A stretch of 13,088 bases of DNA from a bacterium (GCA_044868695.1 JBIOWP010000119.1:1-13088), one strand, 5' to 3'; shown: positions 1 to 8,005, counted from the first letter of the stretch. Notes: a model not told the origin generated them from the sequence alone. Numbers and translations: made by a program.

Positions 1-873
1 GGGGAGATCTTCCTGACGGTGGAAGAGGGATTAAAGCTGGAAGGGGTCAAGGGCCGCATCAGTTTCAAGGACGTGTGGGAGACATGGCAGATGTTTCCGC
101 GCTATCTTGCCACGCTCGTGCGGAGCACGATCCTGGGTTTCTGGATCGGCGTCCTGCCCGGCACCGGAGCCACGCCGGCGTCCTTCATGAGCTACGGGCT
201 GGCCAAGCAGTTCAGCAAACACCCCGACCGGTTCGGCAAGGGCGAGGTCGAGGGCGTCGTGGCCCCCGAGACCGCCGCGCACTCGGCAGGCATCGGTGCG
301 CTGCTGCCGATGGTCACGCTGGGAATCCCAGGATCGCCGACCGCCGCCGTGATGCTGGCCGGGTTTTTCATCTGGGGCCTCAACCCCGGCCCGCTGCTGT
401 TTACAACCCAACGAGAGTTCGTGTGGGGGCTGATCGGGTCGATGTACGTTGCCAATGTGATCGGGGTACTGATGGTGCTCACGCTGGTGCCGGCCTTCGC
501 GGCGATCAACCGGATCCCATTCGGGGTCCTGGCGCCGTTGATTGTCATCCTGTCCAGCATTGGCGCGTACGCCACGAACAACCAGGTCCTGGATCTCTGG
601 ATCATGCTGGGGTCGGGCGTTGTCGGCTACGTATTCAAGAAACTGCGGTATCCGCTTGCGCCGCTGGTCGTGGCGCTCGTCCTCGGGGACATGACCGAAC
701 AAGCCCTCCGGCAAAGCTTGATCATGGGTCAGGGGCACCCGGCGTTCTTCCTGGGACGGCCCATCGCCATGGGGTTCATCATCGCCAGTGCGCTGCTGTT
801 TGCGCTCCCGGCCATCCGGGCCTACCGCGGCCGGGGGAAGATCGGCGGCGCCCCGCGTCCGGCGGAGGCCTGA
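1..873 (+). CDS. tctA: Tripartite tricarboxylate transporter large permease (TctA family), 5'-truncated by the window edge
   Basis: The frame is open back to base 1 (GEIFLTVEEGL...). TctA hallmark segments are present: GFWIGVLPGTGATPAS, FGKGEVEGVVAPETA, PMVTLGIPGSPTAAV, GLNPGPLLF, YPLAPLVVALVLG. Multiple hydrophobic helices. Confidence 0.93.
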   Translation, partial: GEIFLTVEEGLKLEGVKGRISFKDVWETWQMFPRYLATLVRSTILGFWIGVLPGTGATPASFMSYGLAKQFSKHPDRFGKGEVEGVVAPETAAHSAGIGALLPMVTLGIPGSPTAAVMLAGFFIWGLNPGPLLFTTQREFVWGLIGSMYVANVIGVLMVLTLVPAFAAINRIPFGVLAPLIVILSSIGAYATNNQVLDLWIMLGSGVVGYVFKKLRYPLAPLVVALVLGDMTEQALRQSLIMGQGHPAFFLGRPIAMGFIIASALLFALPAIRAYRGRGKIGGAPRPAEA

Positions 874-892
874 TACGAAGGAACCTAGATTG

Positions 893-921
893 TTGTCGGG
901 TGAGTCGCCGTCTGGTACGAT
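893..921 (+). promoter_or_regulatory. Putative sigma70 promoter with extended -10
   Basis: TTGTCG (893-898), 17-nt spacer, TACGAT (916-921), with TG at 913-914. Located in the intergenic region upstream of the ATP-grasp cluster. Confidence 0.6.
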
Positions 922-932
922 GAGAGACGCAC

Positions 933-1046
933 ATGAGATCGTTTGATTTCCTCATTTCGCAATTCCCGCGCGGCTGCATCTGTCTCCACCCCACAAATTC
1001 GCCAGAGCGAATTTGTGGGGACCCCGGAAGCAGGCGGAGGGCATAG
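933..1046 (+). CDS. Putative 37-aa leader peptide MRSFDFLISQFPRGCICLHPTNSPERICGDPGSRRRA (not in the ORF track)
   Basis: ATG at 933, a few nt after the predicted transcription start. Open frame to TAG 1044-1046, which lies in the loop of the 1032-1058 hairpin. Three Cys codons. No evidence of translation. Confidence 0.35.
   Translation: MRSFDFLISQFPRGCICLHPTNSPERICGDPGSRRRA
984..1028. repeat. REP-like palindromic element (14-bp perfect stem)
   Basis: CCCCACAAATTCGC (989-1002), CAGA loop, GCGAATTTGTGGGG (1007-1020), followed by ACCCCGG. Single copy in the window, so repeat status is inferred. Confidence 0.5.
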
Positions 1047-1058
1047 GCGCCTCCGCCT
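1032..1058 (+). promoter_or_regulatory. 9-bp hairpin whose 3' arm is a potential anti-Shine-Dalgarno
   Basis: AGGCGGAGG (1032-1040) pairs with CCTCCGCCT (1050-1058). CCTCC (1050-1054) is also complementary to the SD GGAGG (1096-1100). No U-tract follows. Confidence 0.45.
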
Positions 1059-1109
1059 CACGCGTTCTCCTGAATCCAAGCTTCTGACAACCGAAGGAGG
1101 GTGTATTAC

Positions 1110-2093
1110 ATGGGCGCACAGCCGCCCGCATTGGGTATTGTGTACGAGCACCCGCAGTGGTTTGCCCCGCTGTTTGCAGAGCTGGACCGGCGCGGGATCC
1201 CGCATGATCGGATCAACCTGGCCGCCCACGCATTCGATCCTGCCGACACCCGCGTCCCGTGGACAATCGCGCTGAACCGCCTCAGCCCGTCGGCGTACAC
1301 ACGGGGGCACGGCCAGACGATCGTCTATGGCCGCGAGTTCCTCCGTTTTCTGGACGCCGCCGGTGTGGATGTGGTGAACGGCTGGCGGGCGTTCGCGCTG
1401 GAAACTTCGAAGGTGGCGCAACTCCTGCTGCTCCGCCGTCTCCGGCTGCGCTCGCCGCGCGCGCGGGTCATCAACCGCGCGTCCCAGGCGCTCGAGGCTG
1501 CGCAGGGGCTGTCTTATCCGGTCATCGTGAAGCCGAACATCGGCGGCAGCGGCGCGGGCATCCAGCGGTTTGATGCGCCGGACGCCCTGGCCAACGCGGC
1601 GGCGGCCGGCGCGATTGATCTCGGCATCGACGCCACGGCATTGGTGCAGGAGTTCCTGCCCGCCCGGGGCGGGCACATCGTGCGCGTCGAAGTGCTGGAC
1701 GGGCGGTTCTTCTACGCGATCAAGGTGTATCCTGATCCCAACGCGGGGTTCAACCTCTGCCCCGCGGACATCTGCCGGCCCGGCGAGATGGCCGATCTGT
1801 GCCCGGCGGATCTGCCAAAAGTGGCTCTCCAGGTGGAAGGGTACACACCGCCGGCGGCAATTGTCCAGGACGTCGTGAGCGTCGCGGAGGCCGCCGGATT
1901 CGATCTCGGCGGCGTGGAATACCTCGTCAACGATCGCGATGGGCAGGTGTACTACTACGACATCAACGTCCTGTCCAATTTTGTCAGCGATGCGGTGCGG
2001 ATCGTCGGCTTTGATCCGTACGCGATACTGGCGGACTACCTGGAGGCCCGGGGCCGGCTGGCGCCGGCCGGGACACACGCCGCTTCTGTCTGA
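1110..2093 (+). CDS. RimK/glutathione-synthetase-like ATP-grasp protein
   Basis: SD GAAGGAGG at 1093-1100 favours ATG 1110 over GTG 1101. ATP-grasp motifs: VVNG..AF.LETSK, YPVIVKPNIGGSGAGI, LVQEFLP, GGVEYL, YYDINVLSNF. Confidence 0.88.
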   Translation: MGAQPPALGIVYEHPQWFAPLFAELDRRGIPHDRINLAAHAFDPADTRVPWTIALNRLSPSAYTRGHGQTIVYGREFLRFLDAAGVDVVNGWRAFALETSKVAQLLLLRRLRLRSPRARVINRASQALEAAQGLSYPVIVKPNIGGSGAGIQRFDAPDALANAAAAGAIDLGIDATALVQEFLPARGGHIVRVEVLDGRFFYAIKVYPDPNAGFNLCPADICRPGEMADLCPADLPKVALQVEGYTPPAAIVQDVVSVAEAAGFDLGGVEYLVNDRDGQVYYYDINVLSNFVSDAVRIVGFDPYAILADYLEARGRLAPAGTHAASV

Positions 2094-2104
2094 CGCGGGC
2101 CGCC

Positions 2105-3697
2105 ATGCCGGCTGACCTCTGGCGGGTCGGCGCGGCTGCGCTCCCGCTTGCGGTGCTGCTCGTCGGGCTGCTGGCGCTGCACTGGCGGGGCGCGCAGGCC
2201 GGCGTGGCGGCGCTGGCGGTGACCCTCGCTGTGGCGGCCGCCGGCTTCGCGACCCCGGGGCCGGTGCTCGGCGTCGCGCTCTCCCGGGCGCTCACGCTCA
2301 GCCTGCACGTCCTGTACATCATTTGGGCGGCGCTGCTGTTGTATGAAATCGCCGACAGCATCGGTGCCATCCGCAGCATTGGCGACGCCGTCGCTCACCT
2401 CACCGAAGACCACGTGCTGCAGCTGTTGATCATCGGATTCGCGTTCACGTCCTTCCTGCAGGGTGTGGCCGGGTTCGGCGTGCCGGTCGCGGTCACCGCC
2501 CCGCTGCTGATCGGCCTGGGATTTCAGCCGCTGGAGGCGGCGGCGATCCCGCTGGTGGGGCATGCGTGGGCGGTGACGATGGGCGACATGGCCTCGTCGT
2601 TCCAGGCGCTGCGGGCCGTGACCGGGCTGCCCGCGCGGGAGCTGGGGATCTGGATCGCGGGGCTGCTGGGGCTGGCGGCCGTGGCCAGTGGGTTCGCGGT
2701 CGCACACGTGCACGCCGGGACGCGGCCGTACCGGCGCGCCTTCGGGGCGATTCTCGCGCTCGGCGTGGCCATGGGCGGGACGCAGCTGCTGCTCGCGGTC
2801 TCGCAGCACTGGATCATTGCGTCCTTCGGGGCCGGCATGGTCGGCCTCGTCGTGAGCATGGGGCTCGCGCGACTGGCGCGGCGCCGCGGGCCGGGATATT
2901 TCGGGCTGCTGCCCGAATGGCCCCCTCGCGAGGGCCGCCGCGAACCCCCCAGACCGGCTCCCCGGGCGGCTCCTGCGCTGTCCTTCCATCTTGCGTTTCT
3001 TCCGTACTATACGCTCATCGCCGTCGTCGGCGCGGCGACGTTTGTCCCTCCGCTGAACCGGCTGCTCGCCGAGATCGCGGTCTCGTTTGACTTTCCACCG
3101 ACCCGGACCGGCCTGGGCTGGGAGACGGCAGGGGACGTCTTTCACATTGCCGTGTTTGGGCATCCGGGAGCACTGCTGGTGTACACGGCGCTGGCGACGG
3201 TCCTACTCTACCGCTTCGCCGGCCGGAGCGTCCCCGACTGGAGATCGGTCTGGCGCAACGTGGCGGCCCAGGGCGTCTCCTCGACGGTCACGATCCTTTC
3301 GTTGGTGGGGGTGGCGGTCGTGATGACCTACAGCGGCATGACGTTCCTGCTCGCCCAGGGGCTCACCGCGCTGGTCGGGCCGCTGTTCCCACTGCTCGCT
3401 CCGATGCTGGGCCTGCTGGGGACGGTGATCACCGGCAGCAACACCAATTCAAACGTCCTGTTTGGCGCGCTGCAACGCGACGCCGCGAGCCTGCTCCGGA
3501 TGGATCCCGTGTTGATGGCCGCGCTGCAGTCGGCGGGGGGCGCCCTGGGATCGATGGTGGCGCCGGCGAAGGTCGTGCTAGCGACGGCCACCAGCGGGCT
3601 GGCCGGGCAAGAAGGGCAGGTTATGCGCATTACCGCCCGCTACGCCGTGTTGTTGACGGCGGTGATGGGGCTGGTGGGCCTGCTGCTGCAGCGGTGA
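2105..3697 (+). CDS. L-lactate permease family (LctP/LldP) monocarboxylate transporter
   Basis: Highly hydrophobic 530 aa. Family motifs FTSFLQGVAGFGVPVAV and GTVITGSNTNSNVLFGALQ, GGALGSMVAPAKV. Exact substrate unknown. Confidence 0.88.
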   Translation: MPADLWRVGAAALPLAVLLVGLLALHWRGAQAGVAALAVTLAVAAAGFATPGPVLGVALSRALTLSLHVLYIIWAALLLYEIADSIGAIRSIGDAVAHLTEDHVLQLLIIGFAFTSFLQGVAGFGVPVAVTAPLLIGLGFQPLEAAAIPLVGHAWAVTMGDMASSFQALRAVTGLPARELGIWIAGLLGLAAVASGFAVAHVHAGTRPYRRAFGAILALGVAMGGTQLLLAVSQHWIIASFGAGMVGLVVSMGLARLARRRGPGYFGLLPEWPPREGRREPPRPAPRAAPALSFHLAFLPYYTLIAVVGAATFVPPLNRLLAEIAVSFDFPPTRTGLGWETAGDVFHIAVFGHPGALLVYTALATVLLYRFAGRSVPDWRSVWRNVAAQGVSSTVTILSLVGVAVVMTYSGMTFLLAQGLTALVGPLFPLLAPMLGLLGTVITGSNTNSNVLFGALQRDAASLLRMDPVLMAALQSAGGALGSMVAPAKVVLATATSGLAGQEGQVMRITARYAVLLTAVMGLVGLLLQR

Positions 3698-3725
3698 CCT
3701 CGAGAAGTCAGACGGGAGGCGGGCG

Positions 3726-4163
3726 ATGAAGTGGGTGACGCGTGAACACGTCAAGGTCGACCGGGTCGCGTGTCCGTGGCTGATCCGGAAGTTTGTAGAC
3801 CGGCAGGCCGAGTTTCTCTTCGTCCCGGCGAATGAGGTCGGCGACGTGGCCCGGCGCGAGGGCGCGATTCCGTTCGACGCACCGGGTGTAGAGCTGGGCC
3901 ATCACGGGGGCAAGTGCAGCTTCGAAGCCATCATCGCCAAATACCAGATCGCCGACCCCGGCGTGCACCTGCTGGCCCAGATTGTCCACGGCGCGGACGT
4001 GGCGGAGGATCTGTATGGCCGCCCGGAGGCGCCTGGATTGAAGGCCGTCGCCGAAGGCTTCCGATACCTGGGGCTGGCGAACGATCACGAGATCCTCGCG
4101 AAGGAGTTCATCGTGTACGACGCCCTCTACGCCTACTGCCGGCGCCTCGCCTCCCGGGCGTAG
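3726..4163 (+). CDS. Chromate-resistance ChrB C-terminal domain protein (stand-alone, ChrF-like)
   Basis: SD GGGAGG upstream. Typical MKWVTR..KVDRVACPWLIRKFVD, GAIPFD, HHGGKCSFE, VHGAD, EAPGL, YDALY motifs. Confidence 0.87.
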   Translation: MKWVTREHVKVDRVACPWLIRKFVDRQAEFLFVPANEVGDVARREGAIPFDAPGVELGHHGGKCSFEAIIAKYQIADPGVHLLAQIVHGADVAEDLYGRPEAPGLKAVAEGFRYLGLANDHEILAKEFIVYDALYAYCRRLASRA

Positions 4164-4202
4164 GAAGGGGAACGCCACCCGTCCGGTCCGAAGAACAGGG
4201 GG

Positions 4203-5762
4203 ATGATCGGACACGAGTTTGACGTCGTGATCGTCGGGGGCGGCTCCGCGGGATGTGCGGCCGCGGGGCGGCTGTGCTCGACGACCGACCTGCGTGTGTG
4301 CCTGGTTGAGGCCGGTCCAGATTACGGGCCGGTGGCGGAGGGGACGTGGCCGGCGGATTTGCTCGATGCCCGCGCAGCGCCCGCGACGCACGACTGGGGG
4401 TACGCCGAAGAGCGCGAAGACGGCTCGACGAGCCCCGAGCCCCGCGCGAAGGTGATCGGCGGATGCTCCGCGCATAATCAGTGCGCGGCGGTGTGGGGGA
4501 TGCCGGCGGACTACGATCGCTGGGCAGCGGCCGGCAATGCGGGCTGGGCGCACGCGGACCTGCGGCCCCTCATCGAGCAGGTTGAGGCGTGCGCGCAGGG
4601 ACGCTCGGCGTACCGGGGGTCCGGCGGGCTGCTGCCGACCCGGGCTTACGCCGATGAGGAACTCGGCGCGTGGCAGCGGGCGTTCATGGACGCGGCCGAG
4701 GTCGTGGGATTCCCCCGCCTGGCCGACCTCAGCGACCCTGATCCGCCGGAAGGCGTGGCGCCCTTCCACGCCAACATCCTCGACCATACGCGCTGGAACG
4801 CGGCCTTCGCGTTCCTCGATCCGTCGCGCGAGCTGCCTACGCTGACCGTCTACGACCAGACCACTGCGGACCGTCTGGTGATCGACCAGGACAGCGCGGC
4901 CGGGGTGATCTGCCGGGGCGGCGGCGGCGAGGTCGAATTCGCGGCGCGGGCGATGATCCTGGCGGCGGGGACCTACGGGTCGCCCGCTGTGCTCATGCGG
5001 TCCGGTATCGGACCCGGGCAGTTGCTCAGCGAGGCCGGTATCACCGTGGTGATCGACGCGCCGGGCGTCGGCGAGAATCTCCATGACCATCCCGGCGTGA
5101 CGATTCGCTACGGTCCGGAGTCCGCGACCCGCACTGCGATCAACAGTGACCATCACCGCGGGGCCCTCTTCCAAAGCCAGATCATCCTGCGGGCCCGCAG
5201 CACGCTGTGCGCGGATGGATTTGATCTTCACCTGCTGCCCTCCGTGGATCAGACGATGGCGGGTGACTGGGAGACCGTGATCCTCGCGTTCAACGTGACG
5301 CCGCGCTCGCGCGGTCGTGTACGCCTCAGGGGGGACGACCCTGAGCTGCCGCCGGTCATCGAGCGCCGCTTTCTCACCGATCCCGACGACGCGGACATGG
5401 CGGTGCTCGTGGATGGGCTGGTCCTCGCCCGGCATCTGGCTGCGCAGGAACCGCTCGCCGCGGCCATCAGCGTGGAAGTGGACCCCGGCTCCCGCGTGGA
5501 GCATCTGGGCGACGTGCAGGCGTTCATCCGCGGCACCGTGACCGGCTACGCGCATCCGGTGGGGACATGCAAAATGGGTCCCGCAACGGATCCGCTGGCC
5601 GTGGTCGACGCCACGGGCCGCGTGCACGCGACCAGCAACGTGTTCGTGGCCGACGCGTCCATCGTCCCAGAGATTCCCCGGGCCAATATCAACCTGACCT
5701 GCATGCTCATCGGGATGAAGGTGGCCGACGCGGTCGCCGAGACCCTGCGTGGCTCCGGCTAG
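4203..5762 (+). CDS. GMC (glucose-methanol-choline) family FAD oxidoreductase
   Basis: N-terminal DVVIVGGGSAG...LVEAG Rossmann motif, RAKVIGGCSAHN, AAGTYGSPAVLMRSGIG, GVGENLHDHP, catalytic YAHPVGTCKMG and ANINLT (His/Asn pair). Confidence 0.93.
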   Translation: MIGHEFDVVIVGGGSAGCAAAGRLCSTTDLRVCLVEAGPDYGPVAEGTWPADLLDARAAPATHDWGYAEEREDGSTSPEPRAKVIGGCSAHNQCAAVWGMPADYDRWAAAGNAGWAHADLRPLIEQVEACAQGRSAYRGSGGLLPTRAYADEELGAWQRAFMDAAEVVGFPRLADLSDPDPPEGVAPFHANILDHTRWNAAFAFLDPSRELPTLTVYDQTTADRLVIDQDSAAGVICRGGGGEVEFAARAMILAAGTYGSPAVLMRSGIGPGQLLSEAGITVVIDAPGVGENLHDHPGVTIRYGPESATRTAINSDHHRGALFQSQIILRARSTLCADGFDLHLLPSVDQTMAGDWETVILAFNVTPRSRGRVRLRGDDPELPPVIERRFLTDPDDADMAVLVDGLVLARHLAAQEPLAAAISVEVDPGSRVEHLGDVQAFIRGTVTGYAHPVGTCKMGPATDPLAVVDATGRVHATSNVFVADASIVPEIPRANINLTCMLIGMKVADAVAETLRGSG

Positions 5763-5771
5763 GAGGTAACC

Positions 5772-5920
5772 TTGCGTAGCAACGATACCCGTGGAGCATC
5801 CACGCCGTATACCTTGGCGCCTGCAGAGTCCCATGGGTGCAGACGACGCTCCTGGACTATTTCGCGGAAGATCGTACGCGTGCGGTCGCGCTCTACGATC
5901 GATTTGTGCGTGACGCATGA
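5772..5920 (+). pseudogene. Probable remnant of the C-terminal part of a REP-associated tyrosine (Y1/RAYT) transposase
   Basis: 5786-5920 reads YPWSIHAVYLGACRVPWVQTTLLDYFAEDRTRAVALYDRFVRDA*, resembling the YxWSS..Y.G...pW.....F.......Y..FV tail of RAYTs. In-frame TAG at 5777-5779 and no start codon before the YPWS motif in that frame. Confidence 0.5.
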
Positions 5921-5943
5921 AATAGGGCATCTGAGGAGGCGAC

Positions 5944-6729
5944 ATGGCGTACTTCGAACACGAAGGCGCTCGGCTGGCTTACGAGGAAGCGGGCAGCGGG
6001 ATCCCGGTCTTCCTGATCCACGGGTTCCCCTTCACGCGCCGGATGTGGCTGCCGCAGGCGTCGCTGGCGCGGACAGTCAGGCTGATCACGCCCGATCTGC
6101 GCGGGTTTGGGAAGTCTGACGGCGTCCCATCCTCGCTGGAGGAACTCGCCGGCGACCTGCACGCGCTCGTCGAGCATCTGCAGCTCCCGAGCGTCGTGCT
6201 GGGCGGGTTCTCGATGGGCGGATACGTGCTGTTCCGCTATCTCGCCCGCCACGCGGATCGCGTCAAGGCGATCATGCTGCTGGATACCCGCGCCGAAGCC
6301 GACACGCCGGAAGGGCAGCAGCGTCGGTATGACAGCGTCGCTCGCATCGAGCGCGAAGGTCCCGCCGGGTACCTCGACGAGTTTGTGAAGCTGCTCGTGT
6401 CGCCGAAGACGGTCGAGTCGCGGCCTGATCTGGTCGCCGACGTCCGCGCGCAGATGGACGCCAAGCGGCCCGCGTCGTTGACCGGCGCGCTGCGGGGGAT
6501 GGCGCAGCGCCCCGACAGTACGCTGCTCCTCCGGGCGATCCGTGTCCCAACGCTGATCGTGGTGGGGGAGGATGATAAGGCGACGCCGGTGGACAGCGCG
6601 CGCCGCATGCACGAGGGGATTGCGGGATCGGAGCTCGTAATCATCCCCGGCGCCGGGCACGTCTCCAACATCGAGCAGCCGGAGCGGTTCACCGCCACGC
6701 TGGACGGCTTCCTGCGGGGCCTACGCTGA
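5944..6729 (+). CDS. Alpha/beta hydrolase fold enzyme (PcaD/3-oxoadipate enol-lactonase-like)
   Basis: SD GAGGAGG. Motifs LIHGFP, PDLRGFGKS, nucleophile elbow GFSMGG, PTLIVVGEDD and AGHVSNIEQP give a Ser-Asp-His triad. Confidence 0.92.
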   Translation: MAYFEHEGARLAYEEAGSGIPVFLIHGFPFTRRMWLPQASLARTVRLITPDLRGFGKSDGVPSSLEELAGDLHALVEHLQLPSVVLGGFSMGGYVLFRYLARHADRVKAIMLLDTRAEADTPEGQQRRYDSVARIEREGPAGYLDEFVKLLVSPKTVESRPDLVADVRAQMDAKRPASLTGALRGMAQRPDSTLLLRAIRVPTLIVVGEDDKATPVDSARRMHEGIAGSELVIIPGAGHVSNIEQPERFTATLDGFLRGLR

Positions 6730-7908
6730 GGGGAGCCGCCGGAGCAGGTCGTTCGGCGCAAACGGGCCGGGCTGCGCGATCAACTCGCGGGCGTGGTCCA
6801 CCTGGTTCCAGACGTTCCACAGCAGCACGCCGCGCACGCGCCCGTCCTTCAGGTAGTACACGACCCCCTCGCGGAACGGTTCCTTCCAGTCTTCCACGAC
6901 GGTCAGGCGCGGGTCGAGATCCCCCACGGCCTCGTAGCCCAAGTCGAAGAGATCGGAGTAGAAGAACGGGAGATGGTGATACGGGCTGTTCTGCCCGGCC
7001 ATGTTGACGCCGGCGGCGCGCCCCATCGTGTTCGCGTTGTCTTCGTGCTCGACGCGCAGCGGTGAGCCCAGCGAGGGATTCTGAAAGCGCGCGACATCCC
7101 CGGCCGCGTAGATATCCGGATGGCTGGTGCGCAGCAGCTCGTCGACGAGGATGCCGTCCTCCACGCGTAGCCCCGCGGCGGCCGCCAGCTGGTCGTTGGG
7201 TTGAATGCCCAACCCGGCCACGACACCGTCCACCTCGAGCTCCCGGCCGCTCTTGGTTGCCAGGATCGTCCGCGTCCCGTTGGCGCGCATGCTCGAGACG
7301 AGCTCCCCGGAGAGGACCTCCACGCCCTTCTCTCGATAGTAGGAGTTGAGGGCCCGCGCCAGGCTCGCCGGAAAGACGCGGGCGCCGATCCCGTCTTCCG
7401 GGAAGAGCATGACGACCTGCGTGCCGTTCATCGTCAGCGCGGCCGCAATCTCCGATCCGATGAAGCCGCCGCCGATCACGGCGAACCGCGTTGCCGACTT
7501 CGTAAGCGCCCGCAGCCGCTGATAGTCATTCAGCGTGCGGAAATAGATAATGCGCTCGCCCTCGGTGTCAAACGGCAGGCGGCGCGGGCGGCCCCCCGTC
7601 GCCAGCAGCAGTTTGTCGAAGGTGTAGACGGTCCCGCGGTCGTCCACCACGAGCTTGCCGGCTTTGTCGAGCTGGATCGCGCGGCGGCCCGCATGCAGCT
7701 CGACCCCCAGCGACGCCGTCTCGCGCCAGATCTGCTCCACCGGCTGGTTTTTCCACAGGCCCTTCGACAGCGGCGGACGGTTGTACGGAGGGTGGGGCTC
7801 AGCGCCGATCAGGCCGACGGGACTGGAGGAATCCATCTCCCGGATCCCTCTCGCGGCGGCATCGCCGGTCATGCCGGCGCCGACGATGAGATAGCGATAA
7901 TGCGGCAT
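6721..7908 (-). CDS. FAD-dependent NAD(P)H oxidoreductase, ferredoxin reductase / monodehydroascorbate reductase-like
   Basis: SD GGGAGG (7918-7913) favours ATG 7908. Motifs YLIVGAG, PYNRPPLSKGLW, LLLATGG, VIGGGFIGSE, TSHPDIYAAGDVA, RVEHEDNA, PFFYSDLFD. Overlaps the hydrolase 3' end by 9 nt (convergent). Confidence 0.92.
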   Translation of the reverse strand: MPHYRYLIVGAGMTGDAAARGIREMDSSSPVGLIGAEPHPPYNRPPLSKGLWKNQPVEQIWRETASLGVELHAGRRAIQLDKAGKLVVDDRGTVYTFDKLLLATGGRPRRLPFDTEGERIIYFRTLNDYQRLRALTKSATRFAVIGGGFIGSEIAAALTMNGTQVVMLFPEDGIGARVFPASLARALNSYYREKGVEVLSGELVSSMRANGTRTILATKSGRELEVDGVVAGLGIQPNDQLAAAAGLRVEDGILVDELLRTSHPDIYAAGDVARFQNPSLGSPLRVEHEDNANTMGRAAGVNMAGQNSPYHHLPFFYSDLFDLGYEAVGDLDPRLTVVEDWKEPFREGVVYYLKDGRVRGVLLWNVWNQVDHARELIAQPGPFAPNDLLRRLPSA

Positions 7909-7924
7909 CGGGCCTCCCGGTATC

Positions 7925-7953
7925 ATCGTGGCGAACTCCCGCCATCAAGTCAA
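7925..7953 (-). promoter_or_regulatory. Putative sigma70 promoter for the FAD reductase
   Basis: Minus strand TTGACT (7953-7948), 17 nt, CACGAT (7930-7925). Predicts a very short 5' UTR consisting mostly of the SD. Confidence 0.55.
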
Positions 7954-8005
7954 CGACGCAGCGCTGCGGGTTGTTCCGCCGCGCCCCCCAGTGCTGACTC
8001 CGGGG

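Noticed and set aside
1101..1109. GTG 1101 start for the ATP-grasp gene (and ATG 7926 for the reductase)
   Set aside because: The SD abuts GTG 1101 with no spacer. For the reductase, the SD lies downstream of 7926 and that codon overlaps the predicted -10 box.
933..2093. Graspetide (ATP-grasp RiPP) system with the 37-aa ORF as precursor
   Set aside because: The peptide has no recognisable graspetide leader or Thr/Ser/Lys-Asp/Glu core repeats, much of it derives from the palindrome, and the enzyme lacks MvdC/MvdD-type features such as DWR.
4203..5762. Calling the GMC enzyme mftG or betA
   Set aside because: No mycofactocin or betaine genes in the window. Family-level call only.
3708..5945. 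745-aa minus-strand ORF, and similar long ORFs such as 885-2078(-), 2036-3163(-), 7201-8118(+), 8472-9260(+), 9661-10602(-)
   Set aside because: Shadow frames of well-supported genes in high-GC DNA. They are Arg/Pro/Gly-rich with no recognisable motifs.
5772..6119. 115-aa ORF from TTG 5772 with a strong SD
   Set aside because: It overlaps the hydrolase by 176 nt and looks non-protein-like. The protein-like signal is in the -1 frame (5786-5920).
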